Shown: positions 1-13,600 of the stretch, piece by piece
Position numbering within the stretch: position 1 is the stretch's first letter
Layout: each line of letters begins with the position of its first letter
From: Takakia lepidozioides
Taxonomy: Eukaryota > Plantae > Bryophyta
DNA: 64,000 nucleotides
Assembly: GCA_030704615.1 (NCBI GenBank)
Contig: CM060733.1
Location: forward strand, 34,348,001-34,412,000
Direction of reading: 5' to 3'
The notes under the pieces: model-generated
The model's database searches: none
Seen by the model: the letters and a program-made list of their open reading frames with translations, nothing else
What the model was told of the DNA's origin: nothing
Position numbers and translations under genes: made by a program

Positions 1-630
1 AAAAAAATCAAGAATTCCTGCTAGCTAAACTGCCCCATTATCACATGGCTGGTACCACCAAAGTCTCATGGGGATCATTTCTAGTCAAATTCCCGGGACT
101 TAGCTATAACCCGGTGGCTCATATTCTGGCATTAATGGAAGAGGCTGACATCTATGGGTACGGGGATCATCGTGGGTGAAGAAAAGCATCCTTTTGGGAG
201 CCATGGGGTACTGCCAAGCTGAAACCACGCTACAGGGAAACACTCATCAATGCCTTCGACATTCTCGAGGCAATTCTGGAAGCAGAGGTGGATGAAGACA
301 ATCACAGGAGGGATCTTCAGAGGACTCGTGATCACCTTTATGGAGCTAGGCCAGCACCCTCCCCATCCTCCTCCTCCAGTGTCTCGGGGCGCTCTTTGGT
401 ACTTGCACCTTCAATGCCCAGTCAGCCTGCAGCTAATGACCCATCTGAGCAAGGCGTTTCTCCGTCCCCAAGCTCTGATGCCCTGGTTCCTTCAACGCTC
501 ACCCCGCCCCCCTACCTCCTGCTCCCCAGTCCAACGAGAAGGAAGATATTAGATCAACATTGACCAGGTTCCCTCCCCCCTCCACCCTTGCTTTATTTTC
601 TATGCTGATAAAATTGACTCTAAACGATGT
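1..630 (+). mobile_element. LINE ORF1-region fragment, inverted paralogue of ~12100-12738
   Basis: Near-identical to the reverse complement of ~12100-12738 (ORFs 250..552 and 11789..12487 share MPSTFSRQFWKQRWMKT...); that paralogue lies between a CCHC knuckle and endonuclease remnants of a LINE. Confidence 0.7.
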
Positions 631-631
631 T

Positions 632-952
632 GGGTGCAACAAGCCTGGGTAGAGGCTTTTGTACCGTCAGGAGAGGAGGACAGTGCGGGGATTGCACCAG
701 GACCACCTCAGTTGTCACCATTGGACACCACACCGATCGTGTGGCAGTATCCAGATGAAGGCATTTGTCTTCTGGACTTGTTTGGCAGGTTCAGCACCGG
801 ATTGGCTGTTGTGTTACAGGCAGGTGTACGAGTTCGGCGTTACATGTATGTGGAGAGGGATGAGACTGCACGACGCGTTTCACTTCGCCATGTTGCTCAG
901 TTGGTGTAGCAGTACCCTGAGTTGTTGCCGGTGTCTGCAGTTCGTGGATATC
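632..952 (+). mobile_element. Isolated fragment of the DNMT-Gypsy pol (linker plus methyltransferase motif I region)
   Basis: Matches ~24841-25158 and ~39570-39888; encodes QQAWVEAFVPSG...GICLLDLFG; in-frame stop at 907-909; abrupt junctions on both sides. Confidence 0.9.
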
Positions 953-1093
953 GCTGTGATTTTTCATCCGATAACGCGATAGTTCATACGCTGACGAGAT
1001 TTCATCCTCCGGCGCAGTTTCATCCACTGCATCCGATTCTCATCCATGAGCGCCGATTTTCATCCACTGGCTCAATAGTTCATCCGATTGGAC

Positions 1094-2208
1094 AATGGTG
1101 GTGCTCCCAACTCTGGGGCAATGTTCCCACACGTTCCTATGTGTTCCCACAAGTTCCTAAGGAGTTCCCAAGCGTTCTCACGTGTTCCCAAGGAGTTTAC
1201 ATGCGTTCCCAAGCGTTCCCACGCGTTCCCAAGAGTGCCTCTAACTCCCTGAGCAAGCTATTTGCCACACAACAAGCTCTCTTTCTCCATAGAACTTATT
1301 GAAACAAGTATAGAACAAGCTATTGAGCTTTCTATGGCATACGCTCTTCTAGCCATCGCATGCACTCATAGTGCTTCCTTCCATGGCCATAGTGCACCTC
1401 TTAGAGCTCATAATCCAGCCCTGCACTTACCACTTCCATAGACATGCTCTTCCCAAGCTTGGGATTGAAACCCCAACTCAAAGCATGCTCTACAAATACA
1501 TTATTCTGCCCCAAAGAGAAATCAGATGTCTACCTCCACTCATAGCTCTCATAAGCTTGAAGTTGAAGACTCCCACAAGCTGAAACCATGCTCCACACAT
1601 GCACCGCTTGCTTCCTTAACACCCGAGCTCTTCTTGAACTCCTCAAACCCTGCAACACTTGCAGAACAAGAGTTTCTTCACAAGCTCTCAAACTTTTCAA
1701 TGGGGCTCTCCTTAAAGACCTCCTCTTGTATATAAACACCACAAGACTTTCTTCTTGCAAACCCTGTAACACCTTGTAACTTAAGAGCTATCTATCAAGC
1801 TCTCTTCCACACACAAGTGCTAATTATGCTAACACCTTGCACTCATAGATGTAAGCAGGTCTTCTTCTAGTGATACAAAAATGGTGAAAAGAGGAGAAAC
1901 CACTCTATCACGTTATATAAGTCAAACCAATGGCACCTTTGCTAAAGGACTCCACCATACAGACCTCACCCACTCTCCATCTCAAGTACTAGAGCTATGG
2001 CAGCGAGAGAGGCCTCGGGAGGCTCGACTAGAAGAAGACGAGCCTGCCTACGTCTCACGTGGAGATAACCTCCCCACGTCCCAAGTGAGGTTCGCCACCT
2101 CACTTGGCACATGGAACAAATGAAGTCCCAATGCCAACAGAAAAATGTATAATGTCCTAATTAGTTAGAAATAATTATTTCTAACTAATCACAAACAAAA
2201 CCATGACA
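1094..2208 (-). mobile_element. 5' terminus and 5' leader of a relative of the DNMT-Gypsy family (truncated)
   Basis: Minus strand starts TGTCATGG at 2208; shares GGTTATCT-CACG...AGGCTC-TCTT...GAGCCT and leader blocks (GAGTTGGGGTTTCAA, GCATGTGTGGAGCATG) with 18458-19800; ends in a short GTTCCCA-type repeat array (~1120-1232). Confidence 0.7.
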
Positions 2209-3506
2209 GCAGAACGATGGCGACCTCGTGCTTCTTTGCCAGTTGCAAGACCATAGCACGTTCAATGTTTGGAGGTCCCGAGATCACAATAACTAATACA
2301 ACACTTAGTGTGGATCCCAACTACTCTCATTGGTAAAATAGTGTGGGCCACCTAATAGGTGTGTCGTCTAGTATATGTTCACTCCACTTGGGTCTTTTTA
2401 TAAAGCTATACAGATTTTAAAGTATATGTCAAAGAATATGAAGTCTTTTTTAGCATTTCATATCTGAAACAGAGGCTAACATTTTAGAGTTATGTATTTA
2501 AATGTTTAATTTTAAGAACATAATCTAAAATATGTATTTACCCACATTAATTTGAGCTCCCCAAATTAGTGTGGCCACACTAATACATGATGTGTGAGTT
2601 CTCCAAACGCATTTTGTTCCCCTGCTTGTATGTTTTCTCTTGCTTTGTGTTTGGCTACATGTAAAGCTTTCCTTACATTGCTCACGTATACTCTCACTTT
2701 TTGCAAGCTCTCATAGATCCCCAAGGTTCATTAAGGCATTGCACCACTTTCCCTTTTGTCTCCTATTGAACACACTAACTACTTTGGGCGTGGGGGAATT
2801 TACATGCTAGTTCTCTATTTGAAGAGGTCATATTAGATAGTGTATTTTGGCAAGTAAAATTTTCGTATGATAGGAAGCCTTGCTAGTGCAGGTGGTTGTC
2901 CAGCAGCAGTTGTGGTTTGCAGATAGACATTCAACTCTACTGTAACTTGGGTTTGAGTAGATGCGGTGTAGTTGCTATTTTCCATTTTGTGGGTTAGCTG
3001 GACCTGAGGTCTGCTGTTGCATTTTCGTGTGCAATTACAACTGGTTTAAGAATATATCAATGGCGATGCTATAAATTTTGTAGGGCTGCTAGTGTAGCTC
3101 ACGGTCATTAGAAAGCTTTGTCGTAAGTCGATACTAGGTGTTAGTCCCCTGGCCAAATGGGGGTGTACACAAAAAGAGGGATGCGCCCCCTTGTGTTCAT
3201 GCATGAGGTGTCAGGTGGGACAATTCCATGGGTTTAAATCCCACTCATGTAATTCAAGCAAAACACAACAACTGGGAGCACAATAGTCGAAATGAAAAAA
3301 CTACCCCCCCCCACCAACTTTGAGCAAGTGTCACGCCTACATGGCTTGGCCAAATCCTTTGGTTTTTATCTTGTTAAATGATGCATCGCATGGGAATGGA
3401 CTGGAAGTAGAGTTAGTTCAAATGAATGTCATCCCGTCATTCAATTTCTGAAATTTATCAACTCAATTTGATTTTTCTTACTAAGGGATCCAGAAATGGC
3501 CCACTT

Positions 3507-3980
3507 TGTGAAGCCTCAAAACGAGCCGGAAGCATATAAGTACTCCCTTCCTCTCAAAAAACGTGTTTTACAACAAAAGGGCAAGCGGAAGAACATGCAA
3601 TGCGCGAGAGGAGGATCAAGCAAGCAGATCTGACACACACAGGAGCTCTCATCCAAAGTTTGTACACCCAAATCACATATACACTAACACTTGAATACAC
3701 CGCTCTGACCTTGTGTCAGGGCGCCGTCTTTATATAAAAGCCCTAACCGTAGTGGCCCACCGCATGGCAAGGCTTTATAGGCCCAAGCCCACGGTGTTGC
3801 CTTGCAGCCCTAGATCTAATGAAGGGCCAGGATCAAGCCACCAGCCTAAACTAACCCTAACCTAAACATCATTGTAACGGATCAACGGCTTTATACGCCA
3901 AAAAAAAATACTATAAATGTGTATCGCCGTTTTGGATAAAATGGGTTATTTCCAGGCGTAAGCAAGTATGGGGCTTTACA
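3507..3980 (-). repeat. 3' LTR of Gypsy family B
   Basis: Minus strand reads TGTAAAGCC...GGCTTCACA (imperfect 9-bp inverted ends); reverse complement matches 54019-54480. Confidence 0.8.
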
Positions 3981-4422
3981 TCTGTGAAGCCTACCCCCCA
4001 CGAAAAATCCTGAGCTCCGCGAAGGAAAACAAATAATGAAAATATATATCACCCTCCACTGCTGGGTGAAAAACCTACCAAGGGAAAACCTGGCACCTGC
4101 AAGTTGGGCCGAGGACAAAACCCCTGGCTAGGAAAACCGTGCAGGGGTACAAATGGTGAGATGTCATAAAATGTTCTAAGTCCTAGAGAGGCCAAGTCCG
4201 AGGACCCTAAGAGGCATCAGCCCTAAACTAAAGCCGCTGAGAAGAGAAGTGGAGTAAGCTGAAGAAGATCGCTAAGAAGATCAAGGCATACCCCACCGTG
4301 CGCCCCTCCACATTGATACATATGAGATAAAAAACTAGCTCGGAATGCACCAGGTCCGTCAAGGAAACAAGTTCATCGGACCGTACTTCAGTGTTAGAGC
4401 CTTGGGGAAGAAGAAGAGCACG

Positions 4423-7310
4423 TCAGCCACGTAAAATCTGATAGATCAAGTATGGAGCATCGATCTTGAGCTTAGATTTGCATACATGCTTGTCATGCTG
4501 TAATCGAACGCACACGGTCTGTCCCACCTGAAACATGTTAGAATACTTGACACGCTTGTTAAAATTACGGGTCTGGGTGAGTTGAGCCTTACCAATGTTC
4601 GTCTTGGCATCATGGATAGACACCGCATGTCGAGCATGAAGATCCTCAACAAAGGTCTCAAGATCAACTGGATCAGCAACAATAGAAATAAGAAGGGTAG
4701 AATGCAAAGGAGAGACACACTTGCGACCATACAACAACTCAAAAGGAGTATTCTTGGTGCTAGCATACACGGCGGTGCGATAAACAAAAAGAATAGGGGG
4801 AAGAAAGATATGCCACTCCGTGGTAAGTGCGCCATTCTTCTCCAACATTCGGCAAAGAGTTTGGTTGAAGCGTTTTGTAAGGCCATTGGTCTGGGGATGG
4901 TATGGGGCGGTGGTGGAATGCTTGATACCGAAGTTGAAGCAAACCACCGTGAGGAGCTAGTTACAAAACTCCTTGCCCTGATCCATTAGTATCTCCCGAG
5001 GACACCCATGCCGCATAAGGATCTCATTGAAGAAGAACTGAGCTACGGCATCACTAGCCTTGGAACGCAAAGGCCGGACTTCTACCCACTTAGTCAAGTA
5101 GTCGGTAGCAACACAAAGGTAGCTTCGACCCTTTGATGTGAGTGCGAGGGGACCTACCAAGTCAATGCCAACACGAGCAAAAGCATGGGTGACAGGCAAA
5201 GGCTACAGCTCATACAAGATCCGGGCCCTAGGGAGAGCAATGTTAGTACGACAACCTTCACACTTAGAGATGAACTCGGTGACGTCTCGGTGAATGCCCA
5301 GCCAATAGTATACCTCTTGGATGCGGGCCACCGTTTTCTTGATACCAAGGTGACCTGCATACAAGGAACAATGGAAACGCTCCAATAAAGCATTCAGCTG
5401 GCTTCGTGGTGGCACCTCCAAGTAGCATGGCACTCCTCCTCGAGTGAGATCCTTGAAAAGCTTATCTCCCATAAAACGGTGAGTAGACACATGATAGAGA
5501 ATTTGTTTACGGAAGGACTCGGAAAGGCCAGCTGGCGAACGCACTGATTGGCATCGCTGGAGTAGCGCAACATGTAGCTGATCATCCATGACTGCACTGC
5601 ACATAAGAGGTAGACAATGGGTTTAGATAAGGTGGTCTGGAGTGCCTGCACCTATGATCTTCAGCCAGGAATACCTTCACCTCATTTGTTACTACTCATG
5701 GACAGCCATATCAGGCCTTGAGGCTCAAGCCAATAGTCACACCGGAGTGCAGCAACTGAGTCACAACAAACTCGGGGGCCTAAGAGAGAGAAAGACTGAA
5801 ACACAACAAGGAACTTCTACCAAACTTATCCGAATTCTCACGAAGCGATAGATCCACCACACATACTAACACATGAATAAATCAACCAGGATCATCCAAT
5901 AGGCTGGACCAGCCCCAAACAGACAATATGCCATGTGAATCCAGGGCCAAGGATTGCTGATCTGCACAAAGAAGGTTGAGAAGAGGGGCAAAATCAGGAG
6001 GAGGGGCAGCATCAGCAGCAACCAGGTCATCCAAGGTGAGCATGGGCCTGCTGACAGGAGGATCAACCCGTGTGAGTACATCAGCGTTCGTGTTTTCCTT
6101 GCCCTTCTTGTAGACTATATCCATGTCAAATTCCTGCAGGTACATAGCCCATCTAGCAAGTCTGCCATGAAGTTCCCTAGGCTTAACAAGAGCCTTTAGT
6201 GGAAGATGCTCAGTTTCTACCACAAATCGGCTGCCATGTAAATATTGCCAAAAATGCTTCACACCAAAGACCAGGGTTAGACCCTCCTTATCAGATATGG
6301 AATAATTCCTTTCATGACGATCTAGACGACGAGATGCATAAGCTATGACATGTTCCTTGCCTTCTACAACTTGACATAAGATTGCAGAGATGGCAACATC
6401 AGATGCATCAATCTGGAGCAAGAAAGGTAACTCAAAGTTGGGAAACATTAGGATGGGAGCTGAACACAAAGCCTTGCGAACAAAGGCAGCCTGTTGGGAG
6501 AAGGTCCATTCAAACCTGGCATCTTTGCATAACACCTTGGTCAGAGGGTGAGCAAGCTTGGCAAAGTTCTTTATGAAACGCCTATAATAAGAAGCCAGAC
6601 CAAGGAAGGATTTGATACAATGTTTATTCCTGGGGATAGGAAAGCCCCAAACAGACTCAAGTTTGGCAGGATCAGGAAGCAAACCATCTTTGGACAGAAT
6701 ATGACCAAGGAAGTGTAGCTCAGGCATGAACAACTCACATTTCTTGGGCTTCACTTTGAGACCTGCAGTGCGCAATTTGCTGAAAACACGCTGCAGATCA
6801 GCTAAGTGAGCGTCAAAGCTGGTTGAGTAAACATTGATATCAAAAATTGAATCCAGTGGCCTCGTCCCACGACGTAGCGTGCGGCTCCAAGCCGAGACAT
6901 GCTCAATACACATTTCGAACCCATGGCAATATCTCCACGGGTTTGTGCATCTCCTTGATTGAGTTCAGATGAGTGAACACACGGAGCACCCGGTCAATAA
7001 TCACCAAACTCCAATGAGACTTGCCACAATGCAGGGCACATCAACATAAATTAAAACACACTCCCAGCGAAGATTGCCCAAGACAATGTCCATGAGGTGT
7101 TGGAAAGTAGAGGTGGCATTGCACAAACCAAAAAGCATGGTCTCATATTGGTACTTATCCATGCGACACACAAAGGAGGTCTTTTCCTTGGCTGCTTCAG
7201 TAAGAGGAACTTGCCAAAAGCCAGATGCAAGATTAAGAGAGGAGAAAATTGTAGCACCATGCAATTGATCCAAGGTTTCATTGATCCTGGGTAGAGGGTA
7301 GACAAGTTCT
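4423..7310 (-). pseudogene. pol: Disrupted pol (RT-RH-INT) of Gypsy family B
   Basis: ORFs 7001..7330, 5882..6913, 5203..5604, 4957..5199 and 4423..4947 are consecutive pol pieces broken by stops and one insertion. Confidence 0.9.
6842..7039 (-). other. 198-bp insertion in the RT YVDD motif, encoding a Ulp1/peptidase C48-like fragment
   Basis: Sits between YVD (ends 7040) and D-I-N-V-Y (starts 6841); one minus frame reads LHCGKSHWSLVIIDRVLRVFTHLNSI, like the C48 HWxL...xDS motif. Confidence 0.6.
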
Positions 7311-8201
7311 TTTAATAACGAACGTGGCAACCTGTTTGTACTAAAGTTTTCACCTAAATTGATTGTGGTGTGTGCAGCAAATTTGGATTTGAAGAACAGG
7401 GTCGACTTTTTGTCTCAGATGGTAGTGTTTCTCTTATGGTAGTGTTTCTCTGTATGCTTGTCCAACAGAGTCTCAGGGTGGATAGGTGCAAGTGGGCAAC
7501 TTGGAGGATGCCATGTAGAACACATAGATGAGGTGTTGTAGGGTGTAAAAAAGGGCTATCTTAAACGAGCGTATCGCATTCTCATATCCTGATGCAGTGG
7601 CCAAATATGGTAGGGCTCTTGGGCTCATATAACATGCTTGAACTCAATGTTGAATGTCTAGAGTGTCACGGAAATGTAGTGGCTCAGACGCGTGAGACCG
7701 AAGCACTTATTGGTATATAAGTGAAGTCCTTAACTCAAATCCTTATGGATTACATATATCTTTTGCAACATAAATATCTTTCCTTCCCCTTTTCCTATGG
7801 CAAGTTTAGATGTGTCATTTTGGTTCTTTATTTGTTTCCCTTTGCATCTCAAGTCCTAAGCTATTAAGATATTAATCAACCTAGTCTGCTCCTAGAATAT
7901 AAATGCTTTTTTTATATCCCCATGCATTTAGGATATCGAAGACCCCTGGAAAATATATTATGTTTTTATTTATTAATTTTTTGCCTTTAAATCCCTTGGC
8001 CCATATTTGACTTCCCTCCTCGAAATTCAAAAATATAAATTCCCTCTTTATTACCCTATGAATTTTAAAAATATAATTTCCTTATTTGAAGTCCCATGGA
8101 GATATGTTAATTTCTCTATTTATTCTGTTTGCTTGCAATTCCCTGGGATATGAATTTCCCTCCTAACTTAATTCCTAGAACATAGATTCCCTCTTTATTT
8201 C

Positions 8202-8703
8202 CTCTAATATAATTTCCCTCTTTCTTTCCCTATGCATTTTGGGATGTGATTTCCCCTGTTGAAGTCCCTAGACTATATCTATTTCCCGGTCTTTTTCCCT
8301 TTGCATTCAAGTCACTTCCCTCCTTGAAATGCCTCTAATATAATTTCCCTCTTTCTTTCCCTATGCATTTTGGGATGTGATTTCCCCTGTTGAAGTCCCT
8401 AGACTATATCTATTTCCTGGTCTTTTTCCCTTTGCATTCAAGTCACTTCCCTCCTTGAAATCCCTCTAATATAATTTCCCTCTTTCTTCCCTATGCATTT
8501 TAGGATGTGATTTCCCCTGTTGAAGTCCCTAGACTATATTTATTTCCCGGTCTTTTCCCTTTGCATTCAAGTCACTTCCCTCCTTGAAATCCCTCTAATA
8601 TAATTTCCCTCTTTCTTCCCTATGCATTTTCGGATGTGATTTCCCCTGTTGAAGTCCCTAGACTATATATATTTCCCGGACTTTTTCCCTTTGCATTCAA
8701 GTC
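8202..8703. repeat. Tandem repeat, ~130-bp unit, ~4 copies (more degenerate copies upstream to ~7780)
   Basis: CTCTAATATAATTTCCC recurs at 8202, 8333, 8464 and 8593. Confidence 0.9.
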
Positions 8704-9515
8704 CCTAGGACATACCTTCCCATTCTAGATCTATGCAATTCCATCTCCAAGAGAAATATCTCTTCATGGGAATGTATTAATTGTAATCCCTAGGTGATAT
8801 TTTCCCTTCTAAGTAATAGGGAACAGTCCCAAATGCAATTTTCCCACATGTGAGTATGACACCTAGGGACTTATAAGGGAAAGACAATACATTTCCCACT
8901 AGGGACAGAGTTATAAGCACCTTGTGCCAGTATCAAGGAACCACTAAGTACAAACTTCCGGAATGGTGGAGATACACAGACCAGCCCCTCTCCAGCTCAG
9001 ATATTTAGGATGCAGTGGAGCCTGAATCATCCAATGCCCTTACAAGAGGATATGGAGAAGGAGAGACGAACAAGTATTTGGGTTGTAAGATTATGTCCTC
9101 GTTGAAGATGGGAATGGGTCTCTAAGGGGTACTGATTCCCCAAGTGATCCGCTCCTTCATCAGCTCTTGCCTAATGAGTCTATTTCTGGCATGCTTGGAA
9201 AAGATTTCCAGACATCTTGGGTTTGAGGCAGCAGGGGTGCTGTAGAGAGCCCGTGTCATGAAAAGAAGTGGAAACACACCAGTGATTACAAATTTGGACG
9301 CGCAAGGGACCAAAAGAGTTCACCGGGAATGTTCGTGAGGGTTCAGCTCTTCTTCTGACGCACGCTACAGGGGCCTTGTCTCTTTATCGTCTCGGTCGGT
9401 TCATTGACCATTGGAGCTCTTTAAAACGTGGTGGAATCTCAAACCTTTCCTCTTAAAAATCTTAAAGTTGAGTACGGAAACCCATTCCAGAACTTTCCAC
9501 GGTTTTCCCGGTGTA

Positions 9516-10322
9516 CAGTCGACCCTTGCTAAATGTGCCCTCTTTATGTGTTATAAGGGGTGCAATTGTTATCTTCTTTTTACTCCCTAAAATCTTACAT
9601 TATGCTGCAGTAGGGATGTTATATGTTAAACGTTACATAATGGTACTCCCTCCTTTGTAAAGTGACCCTTGATATACGTTACGTCCACCTCTTTGTTAGG
9701 TAAGTGCATTGAAGGCCGCCTGATTATTATACTCTTCCAAATCTAAACGAAACTCCCAATATTTCTATGGATGATGAAATTGAAGAGGTGGCTGGTCTCT
9801 TGGAGCAATTGGCTTTAATTTCTGAGCATGCTGATACACTTCGACTATGGGGCTCACGAGGAAGAATTCGATTTGAACACTCCATATGCACCTAACTTAC
9901 GAAAAGTGAGATATGGGAACTCGTTGATCCATGTGCAAACGTTGAAATTGAAGATGACAAAGACGAACGTATTTTAGATCCAGTAGCAGGAGATGAGTGA
10001 CATTTTCCAATGTTCACGAAGCATCAAAGTGATTAATATGTTTCTAGAACAACAACCCTCGGTGGTTGAGACACTTTAGAAGATAGTCTATCTACGTTGT
10101 AGGTTGCAAATTGTCAATAGGAAACCATTGACAGTTATTTTCAGTCGTTTTGACATGTAACTCTATAAATGTTATATTTTTTGAAATCATCCCTGGTTTA
10201 CTGCTACATGGATGAATGCTAAGAAGAGTCTTGGTCGCCCTCTTTAATTGGTAATATGTTACTACTCTGTTATTGTTATTTTTTTCTTACTCCCAAGGCC
10301 TAACAATAAAGGAGGTCGACTG
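9516..10322. mobile_element. Non-autonomous Tc1/mariner-pogo-like element
   Basis: TA|CAGTCGACC ... GGTCGACTG|TA (9-bp TIRs, TA on both flanks); internal acidic remnant (DDEIEEVAGLLEQL). Confidence 0.7.
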
Positions 10323-10639
10323 TACAATGTTTCAGCTTTGCTCCGGGGATTGGAATATATGTGCAGCCATATGACATGTAAGCCCACGTGTTCCCTTGAT
10401 TATTGAGACCAGGAATCTCAAATTATAGAAAATATTTGGCAGGAACTTCACCTTTTCTCACTTTACTCAACTAAAACAAAACCAGCCTTACAGCACAATT
10501 AGAATGGCATTTGCCAGCACCGTCGTAATTTACTTGACAGATTCCGCTAGTGGGAAGTTGTTGCACCATGAAAAACAGACTAACCTCTTCGAAATAGTTA
10601 TAAGTTAGAGAGCGGTGCTAGGGCCCGCCCTCAAAGTAG

Positions 10640-13600
10640 TTAGCCAGGCTGGAGGCACCTAACTTCTTTGATAACTGTGAAGCCAGATGAGGTTCTGGTA
10701 GCACCGACCACCCCAGCAATAGAGGAAGAGTTCAAGAAGTCATTGTTATCCCAGATGTGTCTTACTTGTGAGAGACCAACTCTATCCCAGATTGACCAAT
10801 GTTTAGCCTGTGATCTTTTAGCTTCGTCCGGGGCGGTTGGTATTCAAAAATAAGTGTTGTCTGAGGGTCTCTTCATATGATTGGGGTTCCCCTTTCACAA
10901 GAAAACATCTAAGCCTTCCCCAAGCATGCCAGATGGTACTCCACAAGGAGGAGCCTGTGGTTTTATGTTTGAATCCTTGAGCCACCCATCGCAAGGAGGG
11001 TGCCCAGAGCGTGTTCCAATTGTCCATTTCTACCGAGGTTGGGTTAAAGGCTGAGGGGCATGATCTACGGTCTTTTGGGGCTTCCACCATATTGAAGTCT
11101 CCCATAGTGACCCAGCTATCAACAAAGTCAATTTCTGTATAGTGCTAGCCAGAATTCTGCTCTTTCCGAGGTAGAGTTTGGCGCGTAGATATTGATGATG
11201 CCAAGAGAGCCCGTGTTGTTAGGAAGGTCAAGGGCACAAAATTGAGTCCTCCCGGGAATTCAGGAGGCGGACAAAATGAGGTTCAACCATCTCCTCATCC
11301 TCCATTTCCACAGCCTGTAATTCTTCGGGCCCATCACTCGTCTGCCCGCCCCCTGTATCGCATTGTGGAGGGGCCCTGGATACACAACTTCATGAAGGTC
11401 ACGTTGAGCCTCAAAAAGGTTTTTGACACATTCTTGACTTGATTGGTCATGAGCTCGGACTTATCTGCATCGGGGAAAAGACAAAGGTTTTAGTCATGGA
11501 ACAAGGTTTTTGCAAGAGCAAGTTGGGTTACAACGAGGGACGTTACACACAACGGAGGAGAGAGTGGAGAGAGGGTGAGAGGAGGATAGCACTCCTCCTC
11601 TGGAGCCAGTGGAAGTTGGTTTCCATAGAGAGAGATTGAGAGACCAAAGATTATCTGTGAACTGGGATATTTTGAGAATGTCTAACTTGTGTTCTTGGAA
11701 GGATATTATGGCGTCTTCAAGAAGAAGTGGCTGGACTTAGGTTTTGAGGCGGACTCTTTTAAGTGAATCAGGGCCCTAGCCTAGCCCTCTAATGTTCCAG
11801 GAGGCAAGGTTTGGGTAAAAGCTTCTTGACCTGGATCATAGTTACTGTGGCTGGGGGGGGATGTTGCAGGATAGGTTGGGGAGAGGACAAATTGACAGGG
11901 GGGAGGATGGAAAAGGGAGATAGATAGCAGTTGGGTAGAACAAAGGAAAAACATTTCTGGAAGAGGGAGTTGGAGAGAGAGGGGAGGGTGTTGGTGAGAG
12001 CCATGGTAGTAGGGCAGGGGAAAGGTAAAAGGAAGAGAGATAGATGGAAGGCTCCTACGAACTGACCTTTTGAGAGGGTTTTTTCGACAAAGAAGCCAGC
12101 ATCGTTTAGAGTCAATTTTATCAGCATAGAAAATAAAGCAAGGGTGGAGGGGGGAGGGAACCTGGTCAATGTTGACCTATTATCTTCCTTCTCGTTGGAC
12201 TGGGGAGCAGGAGGTGGGGGGGGGGGGGGGGGGGGAGAGCGTTGAAAGAACCAGGGCAGCAGAGCTTGGGGATGGAGAAACGCCTTGCTCAGATGGGTCA
12301 CTAGCTGCAGGCTGACTGGGCATTGAAGGTGCAAGCACCAAAGAGGGCCCCGAGACATTGGAGGAGGAGGATGGGGAGGGTGCTGGCCTAGCTCCATAAA
12401 GGTGATCACGAGTCCTCTGAAGATCCCTCCTGTGATTGTCTTCATCCACCTCTGCTTCCAGAATTGCCTCGAGAATGTCGAAGGCATTGATGAGTGTTTC
12501 CCTGTAGCGTGGTTTCAGCTTGGCAGTACCCCATGGCTCCAAAAGGATGCTTTTCTTCACCCACGATGATCCCCGTACCCATAGATGTCAGCCTCTTCCA
12601 TTAATGCCAGAATATGAGCCACCGGGTTATAGCTAAGTCCCGGGAATTTGACTAGAAATGATCCCCATGAGACTTTGGTGGTACCAGCCAGGTGATAATG
12701 GGGCAGTTTAGCCAGCATGAATTCTTTGAATTTTTTTTTCTTAGCATATCTTCGAGACATCTATTGGGTGAGCAGTTTGCAAAGAATTGGTGAACATCCT
12801 GAACAGTGACCCAAAGCGATGCAAACCATCCCATGCAACCTCTGTAACGAGGAAAGACTGTGGCAGTCATTTCCTAGAAATCAGAGGGGTGATGCATGAG
12901 GCATGCGGACTTTCTTCAGAGTTAACCTTCGTGGAGCTGCGGAGAGTCAGGTGAGGAAACGATCTGATGCTTCCAAGTGCTGTGGCTATGGCCGAGTGGT
13001 TTGCTATGCCAATTAGCAATATTGTAGATGTAGAGTGTTGCGAGGGCCCCTTTAGAAGAATGCCTGAGGCAACCGGTGGTGAGGTAGGTGTATGCAGCCC
13101 TCCCATTGGGACCCATTTGCCCTTGTTGCTCCATGGAGCCTTGACATGTGTAGATTCCATTCTCATTGGGTCCGTGGATTCCCTGTGCTTTTCTGGGACT
13201 GGAAGAGAGGGGCTGGTGAATTGTGGCTCTGAACCCGCAGCTTCCATGGGACTTTTGATTTGCAGCAAATCAGCTGGGTCGTCTGAAGGGTTGGGGGAGC
13301 TTGTGGCGGCAACTCGGACCGGCCTCACAGGAAGAGTCCTATCTCCAGAGAGGAGAATCGGTTTAGCTGGGGATGGAGGCCTATTCCTGCCTCCTACTCT
13401 TTTCCTTTTCCCTTCCTTGCAGTCAGCTTTGAGATATCCCACCTTGCCACAGTTGAAACATGTCGAAGATGAGATGTCCTCCACAAGCCTGATGGTGTAG
13501 TAGTTGTCCTTCTTGTCAATGGGTAGCCTTACGAAGGGTGGGAGGGTATCCTCATTAGGCATCATAACGACGAATTTGGCACTGCCAGTATCATTGAGTT

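Larger units (their letters stand above)
3507..7310 (-). mobile_element. Ty3/Gypsy retrotransposon family B, 3' half (RT-RNaseH-integrase-3' LTR), decayed
   Basis: RT (YPLPRINE, MLFGLCNA, YVD/DI), RNase H (IDASDVAISAIL, NADVLTR), integrase zinc finger and core (IDLVGP, DQGKEF, HPQTNG) in Gypsy order; G-tract at ~3994-3999; LTR homologous to 54019-54480. Confidence 0.9.

Noticed and set aside
3846-3866. Telomere-like CCTAAA/CCCTAA stretch (also ~54132-54152)
   Set aside because: Short, irregular and inside an LTR; not a telomeric array.
8202-8703. CRISPR-like appearance of the tandem arrays (also 14022-14890, 52790-53030)
   Set aside because: Whole units repeat with no unique spacers, there are no cas genes, and the context is eukaryotic.
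8900-9330. Possible LINE ORF2 C-terminal remnant on the minus strand
   Set aside because: No diagnostic motif I can name with confidence.
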